Origin: Callorhinchus milii
Lineage: Eukaryota
DNA: 64,000 nucleotides
Assembly: GCF_018977255.1 (NCBI RefSeq)
Contig: NW_024704742.1
Span: 123,630,001 to 123,694,000 of the forward strand
Direction of reading: 5' to 3'
Shown here: positions 41,001 to 53,000 of the stretch, piece by piece
Layout: each line of letters begins with the position of its first letter
Position numbering within the stretch: position 1 is the stretch's first letter
The notes under the pieces: model-generated
Databases searched by the model: none
Told to the model about the DNA's origin: nothing
What the model saw: the letters and a program-made list of their open reading frames with translations, nothing else
Program-made: the position numbers and the translations under genes

Positions 41001-43985
41001 TGCAAATTAGAATCCCATGTATGAGATATATTGCAGAAGCCGCTTTAGCCGGACACCAGTTAAACCTGGATGTTGGGTAAATCGAACAAATCTCCCAACC
41101 CCGATTCATTTGTGCTCTTACCCGTTTGAATATGTCAGCTAATTCAGACACAAATCCAGTTAATCTGGACAAAATGACTCACTGGCCACCACTGCGCCTA
41201 CTCCTGATGTATCTTGAGTGGCTCCAGGAAGGTGATGGAGGAGTCAAATTGTCATTCACGGGCAGCTCGGGCTGTCAATAGTGAGGGGGTGGAGGAACAG
41301 GGAAGACACAAAGGAAGGAATAGGAGTCAAATCGCGACTGATTGATAGCTGGAGCCGCGTGTGATTGGGTGGAATACCCGTCCATTCATAAGTGGCTCCA
41401 GGCTGTCAATGACCTTGGACCCGCCAATTGGTCCCCTTCCCATCAAATGGGAATGGCTCCTCTGCTGGGCGGGAAGAGGAATGGAACTTCAATTAACCTC
41501 GGTTGCCGCGTAAGTCGGACAAAACGTCCGGCTTCGATTTGTCCAGTTTTAGTACCTTCCACAGGTATATTAAATACTCTGCTAAGTTTACTGCCTTTTC
41601 ATGTGGAATGTTGTCGATATCTAAACAATTCCATATAATTTCCAAACAAATTTCCATAGTTAAGTTTCATTGATACTTTACTGGAATTAGTTGAATTTTT
41701 GTATTTATTTCACTGAGGTTCTCAAAATGGTTAGTAGAATTGCAAAATTACATATTTCCGATAATGGTGTAAATCCTAGTGCACAAACGATGGATAAAAA
41801 TAGACCAAGTTGTTGCAAAAATGTTCCTTCAGTTACAAAATAGTTCTATAATATCTGTTGCCATAAAAACTGTAGCGAATGCCTTAAATTTGCTGTATTA
41901 TTCTATGCATGTTGAAAGTACTTTTCCATCCATTTTGCAGTTCCTGCTTCCTGTAGGTTCAGTATAATCCACACCTTAAAATAGCTCTCTGGTCATGCAC
42001 ACCTTCAATGTGCTCAGTTTGGTGAGAGGCACCAACAAGTCTAATCTCTCACATGTAACGTTATAGATGATTTATAACAAGAGAAAACGTTTTCCAATAC
42101 AAATGAACTGTACTCCCCATACCTCAATATGCATTTTAAAATGTCAGCTAAAGGCAAGTAAATTAATTCTAGTGCGGCATATTTAAACCATGTACTGTTT
42201 TGTTCAGATCAAAATACCCAGGAGACGATTTTTTAAAAATATACAGGCTTTTTTTTCTTTCATTGCAGAATAGATGAAATAAAACTGTGTAGAATAGCTT
42301 TGTTTCCTTCAAGCAAGCACTACAGAAAATCAGGTACTTCTCCTACTGCCACAAATTCCTGCACTTCACAACTACCATAGAATCAATATTTTTTNGAATT
42401 TTGAAATGGTGGCTGGCAGTTTTGCAATATTTCTCAATTGCATAACCTGAATGGTTACTGAAAGTATGTCACTCTGACTCATGGGAATCTCGTCCCAAAA
42501 ATGTATGACTTTGTGCAGATGTTCTTGTGAGTCTCACACAAAATTTCTTGATTAAGAAATTCTGGAAAATTGATGTCATCATGTGATCTACAATAACCCT
42601 AAAGCTGCATCATCTTACTCATCAGTGCCAACTCATTGCAATAAATGCTAGCTTTACTAAATATTTTACTAGTTACAGTTTATACCCACAAGAGACACAC
42701 AGGAGATCCAATTTGATCAATTTGTGAGTAACCTCTTATTTAATGAAAATAAGAGTGGAGTCCTGTAGCTCAGTGGTTAGAGCACTTGTTTTGCAAGCGA
42801 GAGACCGGAGTTCAATTCCAGGCAGGGCGAAACCTTGGGCAAGTCTCCTTACTCCACACGTCTAATAATAATCCCTCCAAAACCCAAAACAATAATAACT
42901 TGCTCATTTTCAATCTACGACTGTTTGTGGGACATTGCTGTGCGCATTGGCTGCCGCATTCGCCCACAAATATACAGTCAATTCACTTTACAGTGTGTTC
43001 TGTGAAGCGCTTTGGGACGTCCTCCTGACATGAAAGGCGCTATATCAAATGCAAGGATTATTATTATCTATAATTGGTCAAAGCTGTCTAAAGCCCTTTG
43101 AAACTTTCTCCCAATGTGATGGTACTATATTCATGTATACTGTTGTTGGTGGTGAATATATCATATGTCTGTCTAAGATCTTTGACTTCTCTATCAAGAT
43201 GTGGAAAAGGAGATACTAGATGGTACAAATCTCATATGAAGTTCATCCAAATCCAATCTAATAAACGGTGTTTATAGGAAAAATTTAGAAAAATCTATTT
43301 CACACAATCTACTTGTATCTGTGGAATTCTGGTGACTTATTTGCACACCACACCTATTTTCAGGAGTTAAGACTTTGTAAAGTGATGTTTCATTCTCTAC
43401 TTCAATATCAGACTTTATTCTTTTTAAAAGAAAATTATCTTCACTTTTCTTGCATCAGAGCAATTCATCTCAATAATACTGGAATTTATCTGCATGCTAA
43501 GGAGGAAGCATTTCATGTCTGCAATTTTTTTTAAACCAAGACAAAGTGAACATGAAACCTAGTCAAAACCAAGCATTGAACTGTGAGGTAAAACATTTTG
43601 AAAAAGCTAAAGCTAAATATACAATATTGGTCCAGCATATAGGAGATTCTTGTTCACTGCACAACCATAAACAGGACTTGTGGAGTCCTGTAGCTCAGTT
43701 GTTAGAGCACTCGCTTTGCAAGCGAGAGACCTGAGTTCAATTCCAGGCAGGGCGAAACCTTGGGCAAGTTTCCTTACTCCACACGCCTAATAATAATCCC
43801 TCCAAAAAAAACAAAAACAATAATAAATTGGTCATTTTCAATCTACGACTGTTTGTGGGACATTGCTGTGCGCAATTGGCTGCCGCGTTCGCCCACAAAT
43901 ATACAGTCAATTCACTTTACAGTGTGTTCTGTGAAGCGCTCTGGGACGTCCTCCCGACGTGAAAAGCGCTATATCAAATGCAAGG

Positions 43986-44018
<33 letters not shown>

Positions 44019-47000
44019 AAATCAATAACAATTGTTAAAAAATTAACAATGAATTGTCCAATTGATGCCTGGGACAGATGAAACATCACTGTGTTGCAAG
44101 AATTGTATAAATTTAAATTATATTTTACAAGTCGATATTTCACAAATCCTGTTTGCTGCCAAAATAATTTAACCACCAAGTCACAAAATTGCTTGTGGAT
44201 AGACATAAACACAATTTTTTTTTGTGCTGAGTTTATAATACTGGAGCGATTTATTACTTCCAGCAACAAAGTAATCTGAAACAGAAGAAGTATTTGTATT
44301 TCCCATTCCAAAAATCACACTGGCCATGGTAAGGCAAACCTCTCTGGCACTGAATGACTAAACACACAGTGGTATCTTTACTGAAGACTAACAAGGTTCA
44401 CGGTGGCCTGAAGGTCGCCAAACAATTTCTGCTTTAGTATTAAACGTTCTTTGAAAATTGGTGCAAACCTGATGTATACTATATCTTTTACATCAAATCA
44501 ATTTATGAAACTATCAAGTTTTGGAAGATGAATACATATTGCTGTGCAGCATAAGCAGAACAGTCAAGAGCATCTAAATGTCTTACTGTGCCCTCATTAA
44601 AAAAGGTTCCCAAATTCTCACACCATTGCTAGATGGAGAGGATTTCAGGGAGCAGCAATTTTCTCAGACAAAGACCTCCACTATTAGTTTCCTTATTTGG
44701 CTGCATTGCCGTGTGGTTGAGAGGGCAGAAAGGCATCCTGCTTCCAGGAACGCTGGTCTCTAGCTGGCTGGTTGGAGGTGCACAACAAAAGTCAGCAGAA
44801 CATTCCCTCCATACCAGTGGGAGACACTTGGTGCCTTATCAAAGCAATGTAGCAAAAAGTTTGAATTGGCAGATTAGAGATGATCCAACTCTGGGTAACC
44901 ACATGTATTCAAGCTGCAATATACAAACTAATGCTTTTATGAAACACTGATGGTGATCTTCTTTCTCCTCCTTCAAGTCCCACCAGCTTGGGTGTCAAGC
45001 CAGGACTCCCAAGTACTTGGCACGTCCTCCCGACTGGAAAGATGCTAAGTAAATGTAAATTTATTGTTGTTGGCAACCCAGAAATAGTCAACGCAAAAGA
45101 ATTATTATTATTAAGAAGAACTTATTCAGGTCATTTTTAAAACTATCTATAGTTCCTGGTTTCACATGTTTACCATTAATTTACTAAATATCTTCTGCAC
45201 TTTCTACAATGACAACAAGTTACATTTATTTAGGAGTCAGGAGGACTTACCAAGGCGCTGGGCAGTCAAGGGTTTGACCCGCTCTGAGGGTAGGATATTC
45301 AAAAGCACAGTCAAAGAGGAAAGTCTTGAGATGGGACTTGAAGAAGGCAAGAGAGAGGGCAAGGTGAAGGGACTCCAGGATAAGAGTTCCAAAGGATAGG
45401 GGCAGAATGGCTGAAGGACCTACCACCGATGTGGAGCGGGCTGGATGGGAGACATGGAGCAGGCCAATGCCTGTCAACCGGAGGGAGGGAGCAGATTTGT
45501 AAAGGGTTTAGCAGGCACGGAAAGAGGGAAGGGCAAGACCGTAGAGGGCTTTAGAAGTGAGGATGGGGATCTTAAACTCGATCTTCTGGGGGACGGAGAG
45601 TCGGTGAAGTCATGCGAGGATGGGGTGATCGGCTCACGGAGCCTGGTGCGGGAAAGGAGACGAACTGCAAAATTCTGAATAATCTGCTCATGGAGGAAAG
45701 GCTTGCAAAGTCCGGCGAGCAGGGAGTTAGCATAGTCAAGCCTGGATGTGATGAAAGAATGGATAAGGGTCTTGGGCCTGAGGGGAGAAGTAGTGGTGGA
45801 GGCGGGCAATGTTGTGGAGGCGGGAAATGTGTGGAGGTGGGGGAAGGCTGAACAGATCAAGGCATGGACTTGGTATTTAAAGGACAGTTGGGGGTTGAAG
45901 ACCAAGGTTCCATACTGGCTCAGTGAGGTAGAGAACGCATCCATGAATATTAGCGCTGTGAGCGCCTGAGGTGAGGAGGCGCTGACAGAGGTGAAGCAGG
46001 AGGGCCTTGGTCTTATCGAAATTCAACTGGAGAAAGTTGGCTCTCATCCAGGACTCAGTATCTGACAGGTAGTCTGTCAGGAAAGCAGTGGTCCTGGAGT
46101 CGAGGGTTGAGGCAGAGAGATAAGAGTTGGGTGTCATCAGCCGCTTTTGTTCTAATTTAGGAGCTACAATCATTTGTTCTCACGTTATCTGCGCCATATG
46201 AACTGCTTGTTCACATACAAGGCTCAAACAACAACAACAACAACAAGATTCCATTTATAAAGCGCCTTTCACGTCAGGAGGACGTCCCAAGGCGCTGCAC
46301 AGTTGGGTCATGACCCGAGCAGGGGGGAAATGGTCATGGTGAGGGGAGGGAAGGGAGGGAGCGAGGAGGGGGAAGAGAGTCGAGAGGGGAGCTGAAGGCA
46401 CGGTCAAAGAGAAAGGTTTTGAGACCGGCCTTGAAGGAGGAAAGGGAAGAAGCAAGGCGAAGGCACTGGGGGATGGAGTTCCAGAGCCTGGGGGCTGAGA
46501 GGCTGAAGGCCCGACCACCGATGGTAGGGCGGTTGGGGCGGGGGACGTGGAGCAGACCGGAGCCAGAGGAACGGAGGGTACGGGCAGGTAGGTAGGGGGA
46601 TAGTAGGTTGGAGAGGTAGGAGGGAGCAAGGCCGTGAATGGCCTTGTAGGTGAGGATGAGGATCTTGAAATCAAGCACGGGGGAGGTTGGCAGTGCAGAT
46701 ATCTTCAATTCACTTTAACTATCAGTGATTCCAGGGAAAAGTTACATATCGTTTTCAATTTATTTGTGCATAACGACTGGTTACCTATCATCTTTTTTGG
46801 GGGGGTCAGCCAGGTGTCTGAGACACATAGAAACCCATTGTCATGCATGAGAGTATCCAAACCAGACAGTTACATATATACATGGAAAGATCTCAGCCTG
46901 GAATGGAGAGGACACTCTCCTTGGAGGTACTCACCCGACTTACCTAACCCTGGAAAGTTTGGCAAGGCTTGAGTACCAGAATGTACATTGGGGGTACTAC

Positions 47001-50000
47001 TGGAGTTCAATTAGCTAAAACCGAGTAACTTGTCATTCGGAACGCTGGCTGGCAAGCTTCCTGCTGCTTAATGAAAAACAGCTTGTTGCATTTATATAGG
47101 GCCTTTGTCATAGGTAGTGTCTCGGCTTTGGCTTTGAGAGTTATTGGTAGCTGAGTGAGAAGAATTCTTGCTCCCAGTGACTGGTCTGTCTCTCTAAGTC
47201 CTGCCAACAAGCCTGTCTGAGATTGCCTTGGAACACTGCACACCCATCTCAGGCTCAGGAACTGAACTACCAAAACTGCAAAAGGTCAACTCAATTCTTA
47301 TATTCCACTGGCAGACACATTACCTTGGAGACAGTTGAGCCAGAAGGAGACCCTACTCCCACCCCCCACCCAGTACGATGCAGCACTGCAAGTTGACTGG
47401 ACAGATCAGAAGGTTGCTAGTAATGGTAAGAGAAATACAAAATCTGAAAATAAAATGGATGGAGAAATGCACAAAGATACAGAAAATATTCTGCAGCACC
47501 TGTCTGTGGTAGGCTAAAGATTATGTGAAATGTAAATATCTTGAAAACTTAAATTTAAAAAAAACGGTGCTGGATTAATTACCTTTAGAAGCTGTTTTCC
47601 AACAGTTGGACTTATCTTTTCATCTACCATGAGAATAACAATGCCCCTTTCATCCATGCCACGCCTACCAGCACGGCCAGACATCTGAATATATTCTCCT
47701 GAAGAAATCTGTAATTTATGAGAGGAATACAAAAAATTACATAAACATTTGTCAAATGCATTCGAAAAAATATTTCATGTTGAAGATGTTTGAACAGAAT
47801 GACTCAAGTGGCAGTAGATGTTCCAGTGTCACTAATAAAAACTGCTCCACACAGTTGGCTGAACTGCAACAATAGCCAACGTGCACAAATTTGTAATTCA
47901 CCTTTACAAGAGAACTATAGCACCATTCATACAACTTAGCTTCTCAAGAGTACTTAAATAAGAGAGATGAGGTGTATCATTAGCCTTGTCTACAACAAAT
48001 CTGTACAAATCAATACTTGCCAAAGAAAGACTATTAGGGAATATGGGAGTATGAGTCAGAAGATGTTGAAATTCCATCTCACTCTCTCCCTTCCCACTTT
48101 TAAAGCTTCATTAAGAGCTATGTTTTTGACCATGTTTCGGCTTTTGGTCACCTTCCCTTAGCTTGGATACACAGTCAGCTGTGTGAAGCACTTTCAGGCA
48201 CTTGATGTGAAATGTGCTAGATAAATGTAAATGGTTGTTGTAGCAGATTAGATTGCTACCCTGGAGAAAAGCATCACGGCAGAGGTGCTGAACCAAATAG
48301 TTATGGCTTTGTGTTTGGTTAACACAATAACTTTGTTTTAAAAAAGCATTTTTAATTAAAGTGCAGAAAGACCTAATTCCTGCAACTAAAATAAACAGAT
48401 GTTAGTATACAGTATTGAATGAACATAAAGATACTTACGGGGATACATGGCACAGAATGGCCAATATTTTGCAGCACTGATAGGATTACTTTTTATGGAA
48501 AAAGAAATGTATGGATAAATTCTGAGATCAATGCTACTTTATCCCCTGTAATAATGTGCAATTTTCCCCCCAAAAGGTCAGTTTGCCCTAAAAATCCAGA
48601 TGTGCAGTTACATAGAAAGCAATTGGATTAGTCTGACAACAAGCCAATACGCTCATGAAGATTCTTCAGATATTGAGTGTGCTCTTGCAGCACACATTAT
48701 TAAAGATTACAATTGGAGTGGGAGCCAAGCCTTGCTGCAGAGTAAGGGCTGATCACACCCCCAGCGGAGTGGGGGCCAAGTGTCGAGGCCACCAACAGAT
48801 TGAGAGCCCACCAACACAACAAGAGGATCAAAAAATAGCCTGCGAGAGAAGCAAAAAAAAACTATGGCAGACATTCAGGAAGCCGGATAAATGAGGTTCA
48901 ACTGTAATAATCTAACAGTTGAGCTATATCAGCTGGCACTGGAAACACTGAGTCCACCTATAGTTCAATTTCCGACCCCTTAAACAGTAAGTCTTGCACT
49001 GGTAGGATGTCATGCCAGCAATACAACTGTATATACAATTTGTTCTAGTTTCCTTCAAAAGTTGAAGTACAACTGTACATCCACAAGCATGTTATTTGCC
49101 AACGTTATGCAGCAGATTTGTTATGTTTACAACTATTACTTTCGAGAGGAAATCAGAGTTCGAGTGAGGCAAGTAGGGATGTTATTTAATTTTATAATAA
49201 TAATCCTTGCACTTGATATAGCGCTTTATAATAATAATAATCCTTGCATTTGATATAGAGCTTTTCACGTCGGGAGGACGTCCCAAAGCGCTTCACAGAA
49301 CACACTGCAACGTGAATTGACTGTATATTTGTGGGCGAACGCGGCAGCCAGTTGCGCACAGCAATGTCCCATAAACAGTCGTAGATTGAAAATTACCAAT
49401 TTTTTTGGGGGGGGATTTTGGAGGGATTATTATTAGGCGTGTGGAGTAAGGAATCTTGCACAAGGTTTCGCCCTGCCTGGAATTGAACTCAGGTCTCTCA
49501 CTTGCAAAGCGAGTGCTCTAACCACTGAGCTACAGGACTCCAGGACTTTACATGACTTCTAGACGTCTCAAAGCGCTTCACAGAATATACTGTAAAGTGA
49601 ATTGACTGTATACTTGTGGGCGAAACTTGGCAGCCAAGGAAACATTCCCAAGGTTTCACCCTGCCGGGAATCGAACCCAGGTAAGCGAGGCGAATGCTCT
49701 AACCACTGACCTACAGGACTCCACCTTTTGTCCAGGGAATACTTTTCTCACACACACTCCATAATTGCAAACTAGGAGGTTGGTATACTATTCTAATATA
49801 GGTTTCAGTCAGGACACTCAACTCACTGCTGATGCTAAAGAATTGCCCAAAATCCTGTCCATTCCACATCACTTCAATAATAATTATCCCAAAACGAAAG
49901 GGAAAGGCTACTAGTAGTAGCGCTTATAGATGTTTTTAAAAAAATTAATAAGGAACTAATAACCACTATAAATCAGGTTGATAAGTGGTAGACATATTGT

Positions 50001-53000
50001 CACGTGATCAACAAAATAAAATTTCCCAATCTTTTGACACATTAGAAGAGGAAGTATGTGACAAGATTTCATGTATTTGGAAACACACAAGAGCCTCGAG
50101 CATGGTCAGAGGGTACTGGATGTTGTACTCACACTGACTGGCTGATATGTTATCACCAAGACCGAGTAGAATGTGCAACATGTTCCTCATGTTAGTAAGC
50201 TGATTTATAGTACTTGATCAATGTGAAATTTTGGCAAGTCTTTCAAAGAGGATAAGGTGTATCTTTTAATCAAATGACTGACATCCTTAGATAATCCATT
50301 ATAATTTACAGAATTGCTATTTTGTAATTTAATACAGCTTTTTTCAAAAACATTGACAAAATACACAATGTTTAGAATTCAATGTTTAGAATTTTTTTTA
50401 AAAAGCATTTCTTATCTATCAATACTTTAATGGGTTATCTTTTTGTGCCCTGGAAACCCACCATTTTACTATCTCTATTTGTACCGTGAGCCACATATTT
50501 CACAGGGCTAGCCCATAAAAGTCACATTGATTTACATAGTATAGTAGTCAATGATTCGGTTCATCCAGAGCACTGATGAGGAGGCACCCAAGATGGGAAA
50601 AGTTAATGTAATGTAAGTGCACGTGTAACTATTAAGTGATTATTCTGACACCATAAAGTAAATCTTGCATGAATATTCAAGATATATTACCAATTGCAGA
50701 ATTTTTAATAAAATCTAACTTTATTGAGAAATCAAAATGTAATTGTCATCTACTTCTTGTGGGCTTCATTTATATTTAGTGATGCAAACTTTGTAGTGTA
50801 GGATAATTATGGTCTTTAATGAAAAAGGACAAACTGGGAACCAAAATAATATAAAGCAAAGCTGAAGCATGTGGATTAATAGCCTTGCCAAAATAAATGG
50901 GACTAAAGACTTGGAAGCTGTTTCAGCCCTCCTAGTGTGCAAATAATTTGATATCTTTGAGAAAGAAGACTTGTTCATTTATATATATATTATTCAGCCT
51001 CAGATGTTCCAGCCAAACTGCATTAAATAATGGAGCTCTGTTTTACCAATGGTGATAGTCTCTGTATATACTCCTCAACAGGCTGAAGTAAATCAGCTGC
51101 TTACAGAGTATTATAGTAGACGTGGAAAACATACAATCAGTTTGCAAAGAGTCAAAGCTTATTTTAAAATTAAACGTAAGCGTCTAAATCTTGCTTTCAA
51201 TCCAGCCTTGTTAAATTAGTTGTCTCAGCCAAGTCAGCAGTTGGGATGCTAAAAATTTCTCTGAATTAGGCTGTGTGGGCTCCTGCTCTCTATCCAGTGA
51301 TTGCCGCTGGGATGCGTGCTTTGACGACATTGGGTATACATGGACAGGTTTAGCTGTGATATTCCTGCAGTAATCTGGTAAAACACAAATAACCAACTTG
51401 GTGACTTAACAGTAAGTGCTGATGCCTGTTAAGAAGGCAGGTAGAAAACTGCTTAGAAATCTCCTGACATGAATAGGTGAGGGCGAGAACCAGGTGGACC
51501 GAAGTACACAGCTGTTGGCAGACCAGCTGCTCTGGCTCGCCAGTGAGACTTGGTGGGCAGACCAATCACCGAGGACAGGGATTGTTCTCACTCGACTCCT
51601 ACTAACCGTGCTTGTGATTTCAATACAACGCAACTGTATCTGGAGGCTCCCAGATGATTATAAATGGGTGATTTTCATGTTACCTTCTGGAGCAGCAACT
51701 GCCATCTTTACCACTCTATTCGCTTCCCATTAGCAAACACAATGGGGGAAAATAATGTAGAAGGAGAGAACATGGCAAGCAATGCGATCCAGAAAAAGTG
51801 GATAGGGTCAAATTCATGATCACAGTATGAACTGTAGAGAAATTACTGGACAAAACCACCTATTGTCATTCCATACTTTCTTATGCCCACTCATACTTTT
51901 GGATCCAGCAGTATAGGAGCAGAAATAAAGTGACAAAGTGCACACATGGCTCATTATTTTTCCAGCTGTTCTAGCTCTGGAATCACCTCAGCAAAATAAA
52001 CACGGAGAATGGAGACTCTCGAAAGAGGTGAACTGGCCTCATTGGTGCAAACAGGCATCACAAAAGTACTGGATAACCTACTCCAAATAACTCAACTTCA
52101 TACCAAGACTTAAAGAATATGAATAAAGCTTCTAATTGAACATTGCGGAACCTGAAAGCAAATTCCTTCTACATCCAAAGGCATACCATTGACTAAATAA
52201 TGTAAATAGCTGCTTCTAGGGTATGGATTGCACACCCATAAAAAATAAATTTTACTTTCAGAAAAACTAACTAACAGCTGCCATGTTCATAATTTCATTT
52301 GAAAGGTTAATTTGAGTTAAATCTGCTTTACTCAAGCATCACTTTCTGTCCTAAACACACACTACACACTACACACAAGCTAGGGTTCTCAGTTACGGGC
52401 AAATAAGGAACCCATTCATCTTTAGGTGGGTGACATAAGCTGTGGTTTCCAATGTCACACAGGTCAGTTCCACAATTTTAGAATTTTGTCAGAGAAACTA
52501 AACGTGCAAAATTTAACTGACAAATTATATAAAATTGACTGTACCCATCTGAAGTCTTTCCCATCAAATTTCCGCGTATTGGTAAATAGAACGGTCCTTG
52601 CTGGCATATTGATACCCAGAGCAAAGGTCTCTGTAGCAAACAATGCCTGGAAAGAACAATCAAAGAGTTAAAATGAGTATGCAAGTAAACAAACAAGTTT
52701 TGAATCTACCATTTCTTAATTTTCAGCAAAAAACAATGATTCTGACAGGTTGTATAAAGGATATTCTGCTGTCTTGTTATTTTGAAAGCAGCATAAGAGA
52801 TCAAGAATAGAGATTTAAAACAGAAATACAGGTAATAGCAATCTACAAATATATCAAGACATTAATTGATAGGTAAGGAGGGCACTACATTCAAACCTAA
52901 CCAACAGGGTGACAGTTATTTCAGGCCTCAATTCATCAAGTTTTTGCATTAATTTGCAATGTGCAATTCTAAAACCAAAAAATGTACCAATTGTAAGGAT

